From the NCBI GenBank assembly GCA_965208615.1, contig CBDBPB010000001.1, positions 320,001 to 384,000 of the forward strand: DNA of 64,000 nucleotides. Direction: 5' to 3'. Shown in pieces: positions 11,193-21,879 of this stretch. Under the pieces are notes generated by a model that searched no databases, was not told the DNA's origin, and was given only the letters and a program-made list of their open reading frames with translations. The stretch's first letter is position 1. Every line of letters starts with the position of its first letter. The DNA is from Spirochaetota bacterium. Its GTDB lineage: Bacteria; Spirochaetota; UBA6919; CBDBPB01. A program made the position numbers and the translations under genes.

Positions 11193-12113
11193 CTAGTTAT
11201 ATATATAATTTTTTAAATTTTGACATGTTGTCCTTAGCTTTTTAAGAGTTTTAAGCTCTACTTGCCTAACCGTTTCTGGAGATATACCAAAAAAATTGCC
11301 TATTTCTTTTAAAGTATATTTTTCACTATGGTCTATACCAAAACGATGGATAAGTATAGCTTTCTCTTTAGGAAGAAGACTATTTAATGCTTTTTTAGTA
11401 TCATCTTCAGCATTTTTGTTAATAAGTGTTTCATAAGGATTATAATTATTGTCTGTCACAAAGTTTTCAAAAGAAGCTGACTGATCAGAATTAATGGTAT
11501 CCTCAAAATAGACTACCACCGTGTCAGAAAGTTTTATTTTGTTTATTTGTTTAGTATTAACACCGAGCTTTTTAGACAGTTCTTTGTTAGTCGGATAACG
11601 ATTATATTTGTCCATGTACTCATCTATGACTCCATGGATTACCTTTAATTCCTTTTCCTTACGATAAGGTATAGGAATTATCTTTTTTTTCTTAGCTAAA
11701 GCTCTAATAATAGTTTGCTTTATCCAGCTTGAAGCATAAGTAGAAAATCTAACATTCTTTCTATAATCATACTTTTCAGCGGCTCTAATAAGACCAATAT
11801 TCCCATCCTGAACAATATCTATTAGCTGATACTCTTTTGAGGTAAATAACTTAGCTATTTTTATAACTAATCTAAGGTTAGAGTTAACTAACAAGTCTAA
11901 AGCTTCTTTATCCCCATTTTGTATTTTTTTAGAAAGGCTTTTTTCTTCCTCAAAGGTCAAAAGTTTATATTGAGAAACATCCTTTAAGTAGTTTTTAATA
12001 GAATCATGATAACCTTCATTATCTAATTTAACCTTGCAAAGCCTTTTATGTTTTTTATTATCTATAAGGTCTTTCTTACCACACTTTTTATTTACCATGC
12101 TTGACTTTGGCAT
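11193..12113 (-). CDS. RpoS-like (group 2) sigma70-family factor lacking region 1.1
   Basis: NLRLVIKIA, DIVQDGNIGLIRAAEKYD, RFSTYASSWIKQ, TLKEIG...SPETVRQVE. Confidence 0.9.
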   Translation of the reverse strand: MPKSSMVNKKCGKKDLIDNKKHKRLCKVKLDNEGYHDSIKNYLKDVSQYKLLTFEEEKSLSKKIQNGDKEALDLLVNSNLRLVIKIAKLFTSKEYQLIDIVQDGNIGLIRAAEKYDYRKNVRFSTYASSWIKQTIIRALAKKKKIIPIPYRKEKELKVIHGVIDEYMDKYNRYPTNKELSKKLGVNTKQINKIKLSDTVVVYFEDTINSDQSASFENFVTDNNYNPYETLINKNAEDDTKKALNSLLPKEKAILIHRFGIDHSEKYTLKEIGNFFGISPETVRQVELKTLKKLRTTCQNLKNYIYN

Positions 12114-12157
12114 ATCAAACTCCTTATAATTACTTTTCTATATACACATACTTAAGA

Positions 12158-12174
12158 AGCAAATACTATACCAA
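12158..12174 (-). promoter_or_regulatory. sigma54 (-24/-12) promoter of the sigma factor gene
   Basis: TTGGTATAGTATTTGCT with exact GG-N10-GC spacing, about 45 nt upstream of ATG; AAGGAG SD at 12120-12125. Confidence 0.75.
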
Positions 12175-12847
12175 CTTGAAATATTTATTTTAAAATTATA
12201 ATATGACATTTCGCTAACATAGATGTTCTTTTATTAAAAAGGGTTTAAAAAAACCTTAACAAATACAGTAGTTATAGCTGTCTATTTTTATAAACACCTT
12301 ACATATAAGGTCAATATATAGTAAGTTTAATAATTTAGTCTATACATTTGTGGAATAGTAAATGATCAATATAGGAAGAGGATATACAGTTATACAACAA
12401 CCATTTAAGGTCATAGTAAAATAATATGTTTAAGGAAATAAGTTTTCTTCAATATTTATTTTTCTTGTTCCAAAAATAAATGTAAAATATATCTATTTTA
12501 ACTTTATATGCTGGTTAATTGGGATATAATATAATTATAAGATTAAAAATATTAAAACCTTTTAAGCTATATCATTACATTAAGCTATGCATATCTTATT
12601 ATTATACAACTAGTTAGTAATAACCATAATCTAGTTTTTATGGCAAAGCTATCCCTCGCCATTAGAAAATAGTTAGTTCTAATGGAAATTATATTAGTAT
12701 TTTGGTGTATTATATTTAACACACTAAGTGTGATTAATATGACATAGGAAAATATTAATACTTATAAATAAAAGCATTCAAAGCAACTAACCTATTCTTA
12801 TTAAGCTGTCCTATAAAAAGCACATTAACAATATGTTAGGCATGTTA

Positions 12848-13855
12848 TTATAGTAAGCCATGAGAATTAGATGCCCACTTAAATGAATAGTTTTCGCTAT
12901 AAATGTCAGGCAAATCAAGTTGTATACGAAATTCTAATTCATAGTGATTATGAGTATCAAGAGTATATCTTCTGTTTGACACAGGCTTTAGCGAATATAT
13001 TTGCTCTTTATAGTCATAGGGTAATGTAGAACAGATATTATATAGTTCACGGTATATTGCATCCTGGGGTGACTCATTGGATAAAATATGAATATTTGGA
13101 ACACTCCACTTTGTGGACGAAAAAGGCGATTTTCTTTGATATAAAAGAATCTCATCTTTAAGATTTTTAATAAATAATGAAATACTATTATGAATTATAG
13201 AGCTTTCTGGTCTCATAAACTTATCTGCTAAACTCATTTCATAAGACATTATTATAGCAAGGTTTTTAACCGCCTCATCCAAATCATCATTTATAATCAA
13301 ATACTTAAAGTGATGCCTATATGAATATTCAAATTCTATTCTTCTAAGTCGTGCCTCGATCTCATTATTACTTACATTAGCATCACGCTTTTTCATTCTA
13401 TTAATAAGCTCATTCCTACTAGGAACATCAACAAAAATGCAAACACTAGAAGAAGGAAAACACTCTATAACCTCCATTGCACCAAGAACTTCAATATCAG
13501 TTATTAAGTTTTCCCCTTTGTTTAAGGCATCAGTAATCTCTTTTCTTCCAATACCATAATAATTACTTCCGTGAACGAACTTCCATTCAATTAACTCTCC
13601 ACTATAAATCTTACGTTCAAATTCATCCCTACTAATAAAAAAATAAGGATTACCATTACTTTCATCCTTTCGCATTGATCGTGTTGTATAACTAGGAATA
13701 AATTTAATAGGTAGTTTATTTTTTCTAAAAAAAAACTTATAGTTAATAGAAGAGTTAACCAAAAAAGGATAGTCAATAACCTTTGAAATTAATGAAGTCT
13801 TACCCACTCCAGTAGGACCTATTAACAAAAACAATCTTCCATTCATTAGGTTCAT
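12848..13855 (-). CDS. Guanylate kinase fused to a degenerate NUDIX-like C-terminal domain
   Basis: GPTGVGKT, SYTTRSMRKDESNGNPYFFIS, IINDDLDEAV; C-terminal LLYQRK...WSVP...NESPQDAIYREL. Confidence 0.8.
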   Translation of the reverse strand: MNLMNGRLFLLIGPTGVGKTSLISKVIDYPFLVNSSINYKFFFRKNKLPIKFIPSYTTRSMRKDESNGNPYFFISRDEFERKIYSGELIEWKFVHGSNYYGIGRKEITDALNKGENLITDIEVLGAMEVIECFPSSSVCIFVDVPSRNELINRMKKRDANVSNNEIEARLRRIEFEYSYRHHFKYLIINDDLDEAVKNLAIIMSYEMSLADKFMRPESSIIHNSISLFIKNLKDEILLYQRKSPFSSTKWSVPNIHILSNESPQDAIYRELYNICSTLPYDYKEQIYSLKPVSNRRYTLDTHNHYELEFRIQLDLPDIYSENYSFKWASNSHGLL

Positions 13856-14015
13856 CCTATATAAGCACAGTTAATTTATATATACAAATGGATTTATAGT
13901 ATTTATAGTTAATATATATAGCTTTACTCTATTTAGCTAATTTTAGTATTATGGAATATAAGTAGTAAAAGCGAACGAACAACCATATAAAAAAGATAAG
14001 TATTAAAATACGATT

Positions 14016-14201
14016 TTACTTTTTAGGTTTTTTATTTTTACGTTTTTTATTTTTTTTTTCATCAAACTTTTCATCCATTTTTTCCCAGTCACTCCCATAA
14101 ACAGAATCCTTACCTTTAGAGTTAGGTTTTTTTTTAGAGTCACCCGAAAAAACAAACTGCGTACTAAAACATAGTACCAAACTTATAATCAATATTTTCA
14201 T
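14016..14201 (-). CDS. Small exported Lys-rich hypothetical protein
   Basis: Signal-peptide-like N-terminus; 61 aa. Confidence 0.55.
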   Translation of the reverse strand: MKILIISLVLCFSTQFVFSGDSKKKPNSKGKDSVYGSDWEKMDEKFDEKKNKKRKNKKPKK

Positions 14202-14269
14202 AATAGTACCAACTATATAACCCTATTATAACAATACTTTAAAATCTCAATTTTTAGTATAGCTTATTA

Positions 14270-14908
14270 TTAATCAACATCATATATGTTATTATATTTA
14301 ATTTTATACCTCGACACAAGTTGATTAAGCTTAAACATAAGTGCTTTTTTTAATTCATTAGTTTCTGCTTCTTTTTTTGCAAAGTCTATTTTCTTTTTAT
14401 AAGTCCAGTTTTTAGTTTCTTTTTTAGAGTTTAACTGTTCATATAATCTTTCTATGACTTTATCACTAGGTTTTTTAGCTTCTTTTTTTACAACTTTTTC
14501 TATATATACTTTTTTAATCAACATTTTTTTTATAATATTGGATAGGATTCTTGCTTTTTCACTATATTGTTTTTCATTAAAAATATTTTTTCTAGTGGCA
14601 TCCTCTATAATCAAGAATTCATCAACAAGACCTTCAAAATATTGTTTTTTTCTTTCATTACTATTTTTAAGTTCATTTATTTTTTTTTGATTTAAATATG
14701 GATTTAACAAACTCTGTAACTCAATAGAGGCAAGATATTCTTTTTTAAATTGATTATCGGTTAGTTTAACTTCTCCATTTATTTTAATCAACCACTTACT
14801 ACCGGCATATAAACCAAAAACAAAGATCAAAACATTTGTTAATAATACTATAGCCACCATCCATACTGATTTAATATTTTTTTTAGTCATAACTTTATCC
14901 TTTACCAT
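14270..14908 (-). CDS. Membrane-anchored SurA N-terminal-like protein
   Basis: TM helix, WLIKINGEVKLT, helical body; paralogous to the neighbouring gene. Confidence 0.55.
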   Translation of the reverse strand: MVKDKVMTKKNIKSVWMVAIVLLTNVLIFVFGLYAGSKWLIKINGEVKLTDNQFKKEYLASIELQSLLNPYLNQKKINELKNSNERKKQYFEGLVDEFLIIEDATRKNIFNEKQYSEKARILSNIIKKMLIKKVYIEKVVKKEAKKPSDKVIERLYEQLNSKKETKNWTYKKKIDFAKKEAETNELKKALMFKLNQLVSRYKIKYNNIYDVD

Positions 14909-15528
14909 CTATTTATTATAGGTTCATTTCGAATAACTGAAGACTCTCCTCTTAGTTTTTTATAATACCTTTCCAGTCTACTTCTTAATTTTTTAGCCTT
15001 CAATTGTTTTTTAATATATTCCTTTGCTAATTTTGGTGAAACATTCTTTAGTTCAGGTTTATTCTTATTTGCTCTATACTCTTTATTTACCTCTCTATTA
15101 CTAACCTTTACCTTGGGATAAAAGTAGTCCCGCACAAAGTTACTAATAATAAGCTGTTTTTTAAGGTAAGAAGTTATACTTTTTAGCAATTTATCTATTT
15201 TTTGTTCATTATAATAGAATTTCTTTTGTTTAGCCAGTTCTTTAATATTGCTTAATAGTAATTGTTGATTTTCAAAGTCGATAAGAAACAGTTTTTTTGA
15301 TTCTTTATTTTTTAATATTTTTTTAATATCCTTTTTAGATATAGGTATAGGAGAGCTCATTGCTCTAAACTGTGTAATTGCATTATAAGAATTATAAAAC
15401 TTTTTTAGTGAAACAGTTTTATCATCTATTTTTGTTATCCATGTATCCTTTGCTATTAAAAAGCTTATAAAGATTAGGTTTAATCCTAATAATATAACTA
15501 TAATTCTTTTCTTCATCAAATCCCCCAA
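14902..15528 (-). CDS. Exported SurA N-terminal-like protein (no PPIase domain)
   Basis: WITKIDDKTVS, VKVSNREVNKEY, YYKKLRGESSV. Confidence 0.6.
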   Translation of the reverse strand: MGDLMKKRIIVILLGLNLIFISFLIAKDTWITKIDDKTVSLKKFYNSYNAITQFRAMSSPIPISKKDIKKILKNKESKKLFLIDFENQQLLLSNIKELAKQKKFYYNEQKIDKLLKSITSYLKKQLIISNFVRDYFYPKVKVSNREVNKEYRANKNKPELKNVSPKLAKEYIKKQLKAKKLRSRLERYYKKLRGESSVIRNEPIINRW

Positions 15529-15774
15529 GATGTTAATTTATATCAATATAATTATATATTTTAACCTCTGCAATAAAAAGTACAAAGTTTTTTTAAAATT
15601 ATATATCAGCAATCGATTAGTTATTTTTAAATACTAGTACTATAGTTTAAAGCCAGGCTTTTTAAAAAATTAATATATTCCATATTATAACCTAATATAA
15701 AATTATTAATTAAGGTTTTTTTTTACTAATGCTTTTTAACTTTAAGTCGAAACATATTTTGTAGCGTTCCTTAT

Positions 15775-15820
15775 AAAGAGACAGCTCCTCTATCTTGAGA
15801 TGGTGGTTGTCTCTTTTTTT
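15775..15820 (+). terminator. Terminator-like hairpin with U-tract, better formed on the + strand
   Basis: AAAGAGACAGC...GTTGTCTCTTT ending in a T7 run; G-U pairs only on +. Confidence 0.55.
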
Positions 15821-15840
15821 AACTCTATATAAAAACCAGT

Positions 15841-18387
15841 TTATTTCTTAGATGTTAATTTATATATTTTGGCATCAATAAAAAGTCTTACCAACTCTGA
15901 ATCAATATGATTACTATTAACTTCTAATTTTAGAATATCTAATGCCTCGCTCTGGGAAACCGCTACCTTATAAGGACGATCACCAGCAGTAAGTGCATCA
16001 TATATATCTGATACCGCTATTAGCTTTGATTGATTGGGAATACTATCCCCACTAAGATTATTAGGATAACCTTTAGAGTTTAGTCTTTCATGATGTGCAT
16101 AAGCTATTTCTGGTATACTATTAAGCTCGCTAGTCCATGGTATCTGTGATAAAAACTCAAATGTATGAGATACATGAGATTCAATCTCCTTTCTTTCTTT
16201 ATAACCCAAAGAACCCTTACCTATAGATAAATAAGATAATTCTCTATCAGTAATATAGTTTATATAATCTCCATTGGAGTCCAAAATAGTTTTATTTGCA
16301 ATTTCCTTTAAATAATTCAAATTAACTTTCTCTTCCACCACCTTAGGATTATTATTAAAAATAACTAATTCCAAAGCCTTATCTACTTCCTCAAGCTTAT
16401 TTTTTAGAATACTATCCTCATTCTTGATTAGCGTTAAAGCCTTATTCCTATCTTTTTCAAGTAAATATTGTACCTTTTTCTTCAAAAATTGATTTTCTAA
16501 TGTCTTTTTAATAAGCTTAAACCTACTTTTAATAAACTCAAGCTCATATGGATAAAGCTTACTAGCCTTAAGAAGCACCTCTTCTCTAACTCCTACCTTA
16601 CCAAAATCGTGGAGTAAAGAAGCATACCTAATCTCTTTTATTTGATCACTATTAAAATTAATCTTTTCCCATTTACCGCTATCCAACGTGTTTACAGCTT
16701 CAGCCAAACCAACAGTATATATTGCAACTCGTTCAGAATGACCAGATGTAGGAGGATCTCGTGATTCAATAGCATATACAGAGGCTTTTACAAATCCTTC
16801 AAACAGATTTTCAATATTTCTATATAATATATTATTCTCAATGGAAACAGCAGCTTGACCAGCTACCGATTTCACTAACTCAATATCATGACTATCAAAA
16901 TTTATAGTATACTTCTCAATGGATTCAATAGAGTCAAAGCTAATATCAGGGTATCTTTTTTTATTAATTAGTTGAAGAACTCCAATAACCTCATTGCTGT
17001 GATTCGTCATTGGAACAACTAACATAGACTTAGTTTTATAATAATGCTTTTTATCATATTCAAGGTTTAAAGAATATTCAGCGTCATTCGGTAAATTATA
17101 TACATCCTTTAGGCTTAGGACCTTACCTGTTAGTGCTACATATCCAGAAATACTATTTTTACTTATTGCAAAAGAAAACTCACCCTCATCCAGCTTAAGG
17201 GATGACTGCTTAAAACAAAGAGTCTTATTACCACTTTTATCCTGTTCTACTATATAAATACTACCAGAATCGCACTGGGTTAGTTTTTTGACCTTAGACA
17301 AAATTAGACTAAGTAATTTATTAAAATCCTTTTCTGTTGCCAAGGCTTTACCTATATTAGTTAGTACTTCTATTTCTCTAGACTTTTCCTCAAAACGATT
17401 ATTTTCAATGGCAAATGCCGCCTGACCAGCAATAGATATTGCCAATTCCATATCATGACGATCAAATGAAATAACATCACTTATGTTAAAACTACTAGAC
17501 CTCTTATGATTTTTCATTTTATTTATAAGCTGAAGAACTCCAATAACCTTACCTTTCTGGTTTTTCATGGGGATAACCAATAGTGAAGTCGTATGATAAT
17601 TATTTTTTTTATCATATTCAAGGTTTAGGCTGTAACCAACATCCTTTGGAAGATTATAAGCATCACTAATATTTAAGCCCTTACCTGTAAGTACCACATA
17701 ACCCACTATACTTTTTTTAGTTAAAGGAATTAAATTTTCATGTAATTTTAAGTCCGATAAAATAAAACGTAATTTTTTCTTACCATTTATGTCTTTCTCT
17801 ATTATAGATAAGCTGGCTGAGTCTGCATTTGTTAACAACTTTCCTTTAGTCAATATTAGGTTTATAAGGTCATTATAGTTTTTTTCTGTTAAAATCATTT
17901 TTCCAATTTGATTAAGTTCCTTAAACTCTCTATGTCTCTGTGTTAACCTCTTATGCAAAAGGGAGTTCTCTTGTTTTAATATTAGATTTTTAAATCCGCT
18001 TAATACTGCTTGTTTTAGGTTTTCGAAGTTAAAGGGATATGATATTGGATAATGAAATATACTAGATGGTAAATTTAACTTTTCAAACAGTTTAAGTTTT
18101 TCATCCGATAAAAATAATGGTATAATTAAAAAACAAGGTATCTCTTTAGCATTTTTTATTCTCTTCCAAAAGGCATAATCTCTTTTTAACACATCCATTT
18201 CGTCTAAGAGAAAAAGGTATATACTTGATTCAGCTGGTAATTTCATAAGAGGGATTTCAAAATCATCATTAAGTTCCACAGTTAGTATTTTTTCATTTTT
18301 TAAAAAGTCATTAATTTGTTTTAGCCAATTTATATTAATATTTGTAGAAAAATATAATTTCTTAGTTTTTTTATTAGTATAAGTCAT
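15841..18387 (-). CDS. GAF-GAF-HD-GYP c-di-GMP phosphodiesterase
   Basis: Two near-duplicate GAF repeats (VGYV..TG...VIGVLQLINK); TSGHSERV, LLHDFGK, HHERLNSKGYP, DIYDALT..RPYK. Confidence 0.92.
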   Translation of the reverse strand: MTYTNKKTKKLYFSTNININWLKQINDFLKNEKILTVELNDDFEIPLMKLPAESSIYLFLLDEMDVLKRDYAFWKRIKNAKEIPCFLIIPLFLSDEKLKLFEKLNLPSSIFHYPISYPFNFENLKQAVLSGFKNLILKQENSLLHKRLTQRHREFKELNQIGKMILTEKNYNDLINLILTKGKLLTNADSASLSIIEKDINGKKKLRFILSDLKLHENLIPLTKKSIVGYVVLTGKGLNISDAYNLPKDVGYSLNLEYDKKNNYHTTSLLVIPMKNQKGKVIGVLQLINKMKNHKRSSSFNISDVISFDRHDMELAISIAGQAAFAIENNRFEEKSREIEVLTNIGKALATEKDFNKLLSLILSKVKKLTQCDSGSIYIVEQDKSGNKTLCFKQSSLKLDEGEFSFAISKNSISGYVALTGKVLSLKDVYNLPNDAEYSLNLEYDKKHYYKTKSMLVVPMTNHSNEVIGVLQLINKKRYPDISFDSIESIEKYTINFDSHDIELVKSVAGQAAVSIENNILYRNIENLFEGFVKASVYAIESRDPPTSGHSERVAIYTVGLAEAVNTLDSGKWEKINFNSDQIKEIRYASLLHDFGKVGVREEVLLKASKLYPYELEFIKSRFKLIKKTLENQFLKKKVQYLLEKDRNKALTLIKNEDSILKNKLEEVDKALELVIFNNNPKVVEEKVNLNYLKEIANKTILDSNGDYINYITDRELSYLSIGKGSLGYKERKEIESHVSHTFEFLSQIPWTSELNSIPEIAYAHHERLNSKGYPNNLSGDSIPNQSKLIAVSDIYDALTAGDRPYKVAVSQSEALDILKLEVNSNHIDSELVRLFIDAKIYKLTSKK

Positions 18388-18461
18388 TATCTTTTAACCC
18401 AAAAAAGCAGTATTTTTTAGCATTACTTTTACATAACAATGTCACACTTAAAAAATTAACT

Positions 18462-18495
18462 ATTTAGTAAAAAGTTAATTAACTTTTTACTAAAT
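18462..18495. repeat. 34-bp perfect palindrome between divergent genes
   Basis: ATTTAGTAAAAAGTTAA|TTAACTTTTTACTAAAT. Confidence 0.9.
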
Positions 18496-18676
18496 GGGAA
18501 GTTGGTATATATAAAAATATAAAGCAGTATAACTACTAGTTAGTTTAACAAGGCTAGATTTTCCTATTAGCTAGTTGAATACTGTTATCTGATGTAAATA
18601 TTATTGTATTATGACGTACTATAACTTAAATAATACTATTTAGTTAATTGATTATAAATTATAAGGTGGAGGTATT

Positions 18677-19888
18677 ATGGATAAAATTAAAAAGGTTGTA
18701 TTGGCATATTCTGGAGGCCTTGATACTTCTGTAATTTTAAAATGGCTCATTGAAACCTATGATGCAGAAGTAGTTGCATATGCCGCAGATATTGGTCAAC
18801 AAGAGGAACTTGATGGACTGGATGCTAAGGCAAGAAAAACTGGTGCATGCGATGTCTATATTGAAGATTTAAAAAAAGAGTTTGTCGAAGACTATATTTT
18901 CCCTGCAATAAAAGCTAATGCAGTATATGAGGGCAAATACCTTCTTGGAACATCATTAGCAAGACCTCTAATTGCTAAAAGGCAGATTGATATTGCAAAG
19001 CTTACTAATGCTGATAGTGTTGCACATGGTGCAACTGGTAAAGGTAATGATCAGGTACGCTTTGAGCTTGCATATAAGGCATTGGATCCAAATATTAATA
19101 TTATTGCTCCATGGAGAGATTGGAATTTAACTTCGAGAGAAGAGCTAATTGCTTTTGCAAAAACCCATAATATTGATATTCCAGTTAGCAAGTCAAAGCC
19201 TTACTCATCCGACAGAAATATTCTTCACATTAGTTTTGAGGGGGGAGTTTTAGAGGATCCTTATACAGAGCCAAATGAAGAGATGTTTACACTATCAAAA
19301 TCCCCTTTTGATGCCATAGATGAGCCTAAATATATTGAAATCTCTTTTTATAAAGGCATACCAGTAGCAATAGACGGAAATGGACTATCACCCGTTGAAC
19401 TAATGGAAACTCTAAATAAGCTTGCTGGTGAACATGGTATTGGTAGAATCGATATTGTTGAAAACCGTCTAATAGGAATGAAATCACGAGGTGTATATGA
19501 GACTCCTGGCGGTACTGTACTAATAGAGGCTCATCGTGCCCTTGAATCCCTTACTATAGAAAGGGATACTTTTCACTATAAAGAGTTTATTAGCCTTAAA
19601 TATGCAGAATTACTATATTACGGTAAGTGGTTCCACCCTTTAAAAGAGGCTTTGGATGCTTTTATTAATCACACTCAACAGGCTGTTACTGGTGATGTTA
19701 GATTAAAGCTGTATAAAGGAAATTGTATGGTAGTGGGCAGGCGTTCTATGTATTCTTTATATAATCCGCAGTTAGCTACTTTTGAAGAAGATAAAACCTA
19801 TGATCAAAATGATGCAAAAGGATTTATTAATTTATACGGGCTTACTACAATAGAGTCTGCCATGCAAAAGAAAAAGCTTGATCCATAA
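18677..19888 (+). CDS. argG: Argininosuccinate synthase
   Basis: [36 protein letters not shown]. Confidence 0.98.
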   Translation: MDKIKKVVLAYSGGLDTSVILKWLIETYDAEVVAYAADIGQQEELDGLDAKARKTGACDVYIEDLKKEFVEDYIFPAIKANAVYEGKYLLGTSLARPLIAKRQIDIAKLTNADSVAHGATGKGNDQVRFELAYKALDPNINIIAPWRDWNLTSREELIAFAKTHNIDIPVSKSKPYSSDRNILHISFEGGVLEDPYTEPNEEMFTLSKSPFDAIDEPKYIEISFYKGIPVAIDGNGLSPVELMETLNKLAGEHGIGRIDIVENRLIGMKSRGVYETPGGTVLIEAHRALESLTIERDTFHYKEFISLKYAELLYYGKWFHPLKEALDAFINHTQQAVTGDVRLKLYKGNCMVVGRRSMYSLYNPQLATFEEDKTYDQNDAKGFINLYGLTTIESAMQKKKLDP

Positions 19889-20016
19889 AAAAAACTTAAT
19901 AAAAAGTTAGAGTATTTATAAAATATGCCTATAATCTAGTGAAAATGAATATTTATTCAATTTTTTTTGAGTTGTTGTTAAGAACACATCTTAGACTATA
20001 TTTATGAGGTATTTAT

Positions 20017-20730
20017 ATGTCAATCAAGCTATTTATTATAATGTTTTCGCTTACTCTTTGTTTTGAGGCATTTGCTATACCCGTTAGTACTAAAGGTATA
20101 TTCAATAAGATAAGGGAGAACTATTATAAGAGTTTTCCAAAAGATTTTACTGCAAGCGTTGTTGGACCAGAGATAAATAAAAGTCTTTCCAAAATACCTA
20201 AGAATGCATATTGTGAAAATAAAAGTCCAAAGGTTAGCTATCTTTATCTTAAGCATAAAGAAGAAAATATTATTGTAGAAAACGTTGAAAACCCTTATGT
20301 AACCAGATTCCAACTATATCTAAATATGTATAAAGGCACTAAAATATTTTTAAACTCGTCAATTTCTTTTTTACAGTTGAAAAAGGTGTTCTATTGGAGT
20401 TATAGACCTTCTCTTAGTAAAAAGTACTACGTAATAAAAATGAGAAGGCATAGGATTAGGAAATCCGACTATATGCTACTTTATGTAGATAAAAAAGATT
20501 TTTCTATTAAAAAGGCTGTTAAATATAGTAATGAGCGTGCAATAGGTACTCTTCTAATAACATATAAGAAAGTAAAAAGTTATAATATTCCATCGAGTCT
20601 AAAGTTCAACATTTTAAGGAAAGGTAAAATGGAAAAGTTTAACTTATTGATAAAGAGCTACAAGCTAAACACAGGATTGACTAAAGAAAAGATCATACAA
20701 CTCCAGAACGACTGTCCATCGCTAAACTAA
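20017..20730 (+). CDS. Exported hypothetical protein, possibly LolA-like fold
   Basis: Signal peptide; beta-rich C-terminus ending YKLNTGL; fold is inference. Confidence 0.55.
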   Translation: MSIKLFIIMFSLTLCFEAFAIPVSTKGIFNKIRENYYKSFPKDFTASVVGPEINKSLSKIPKNAYCENKSPKVSYLYLKHKEENIIVENVENPYVTRFQLYLNMYKGTKIFLNSSISFLQLKKVFYWSYRPSLSKKYYVIKMRRHRIRKSDYMLLYVDKKDFSIKKAVKYSNERAIGTLLITYKKVKSYNIPSSLKFNILRKGKMEKFNLLIKSYKLNTGLTKEKIIQLQNDCPSLN

Positions 20731-20771
20731 ATGGGATACTAGCTAGTAATTAGAATAGACCTATCAAATTA

Positions 20772-21512
20772 TTAGACTAGTTCCCAGCAACCGAATCCCA
20801 TAGAGTTTTTTGAACCTATTCCGCTATCATAGGCTATATCGATTAATTTATTATTAGCAGTTATGCTGTATAGTCCTAAATATCCTTCTATAATAAGGTT
20901 TTTATATTTAGTAATTATTTTTTGTGGATTATTTAGTGGTTTAAAGGTAAAAATAGTAGGTTCTATATTATTAACTGTAGGTATATTAAGTTGTGGATTA
21001 GCGTTAGCTTTTTTTAAGAGGTTATCATGTATAAGCTTTTCAAACACTGGATCACGGGGATTATAAAAGTGTATTTTTTTATTATTAGTTGAGTATTGTG
21101 TAACGGGTGATAGCATTTTTATAGTTATTTTATGATTAAAGTTTTGTTTGTTGTGGATTTTAATACCGTTTAGTTTTAATTTATTTTGTCCTAGAGTTAT
21201 GTTATGGGATTTCATTTGATTTTCAATCATACTAATGGCAATCTTTTCAACGGCGGTAGACAGGGTGAACTGAACATTTTTACCAAAGTTTAATGTTTTA
21301 TTTGATTTATTAAATGAGGTTTTTGTATTGCTTTTGAGCAGTGAAAAGCAAAATAGTTTAAAATGTCTTCCGTTTATTTTATATCCTTGTTTATGTAGGA
21401 AGGATGCAAAATCTTTTTCTAGATATTTGTATATCATAGCTTGTATAAAGTGATTATAGTTAACGGGGAGGATAATATCCAATTGTGATGAGAAGCTTAT
21501 AGTAATACGCAT
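20772..21512 (-). CDS. cas6: CRISPR endoribonuclease Cas6
   Basis: YNHFIQAMIY, FLHKQGY, FKLFCFS, G-rich loop GIGSKNSMGFG. Confidence 0.96.
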   Translation of the reverse strand: MRITISFSSQLDIILPVNYNHFIQAMIYKYLEKDFASFLHKQGYKINGRHFKLFCFSLLKSNTKTSFNKSNKTLNFGKNVQFTLSTAVEKIAISMIENQMKSHNITLGQNKLKLNGIKIHNKQNFNHKITIKMLSPVTQYSTNNKKIHFYNPRDPVFEKLIHDNLLKKANANPQLNIPTVNNIEPTIFTFKPLNNPQKIITKYKNLIIEGYLGLYSITANNKLIDIAYDSGIGSKNSMGFGCWELV

Positions 21513-21615
21513 TTTTTATTAATGTGTTATATGATATTAAATTACATTTAATTATTTATAGTTAAATGGTTCGGTAGAACTATCTTTTAGATATAGTTTT
21601 TATTATTAAAAAGTA

Positions 21616-21659
21616 AAATTGAAAATGATAAATTTTATCAATTTGGAGTGAAGCTTTTA
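21616..21659. repeat. Direct repeat copy 1 (40/44 identical to 28604-28647) containing a Fur-box-like dyad
   Basis: AAATTGAAAATGATAAATTTTATCAATTTGGAGTGAAGCTTTTA. Confidence 0.85.
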
Positions 21660-21687
21660 TGATTAATGAGTTGGAATAAGATAGATG

Positions 21688-21879
21688 TCATGGATATCCA
21701 AAACCTTTTTTATAAAAAAAAGAGTGTGATATTTATAAACATTTGTTTGTATAATAATATAATAAGCATTATGTTGGTATAGAGTTTTATTAATTATTTA
21801 AAATACACTATCGGAGGTTTGGGAATAAATTATAGAAATGCATGTTATAACTTATTGTTATATTATGAGTTATAAATGG
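21688..21879 (+). promoter_or_regulatory. CRISPR leader region
   Basis: AT-rich non-coding DNA before the first repeat with TATAAT at 21750-21755; repeat ends ATTGAAAC on +. Confidence 0.65.

Noticed and set aside
12600-12690. Fluoride-riboswitch-like GGCGAGGG...GCCATAAA on the minus strand
   Set aside because: Loop too long, the 3' TGATGAC element is missing, and there is no fluoride-related gene downstream.
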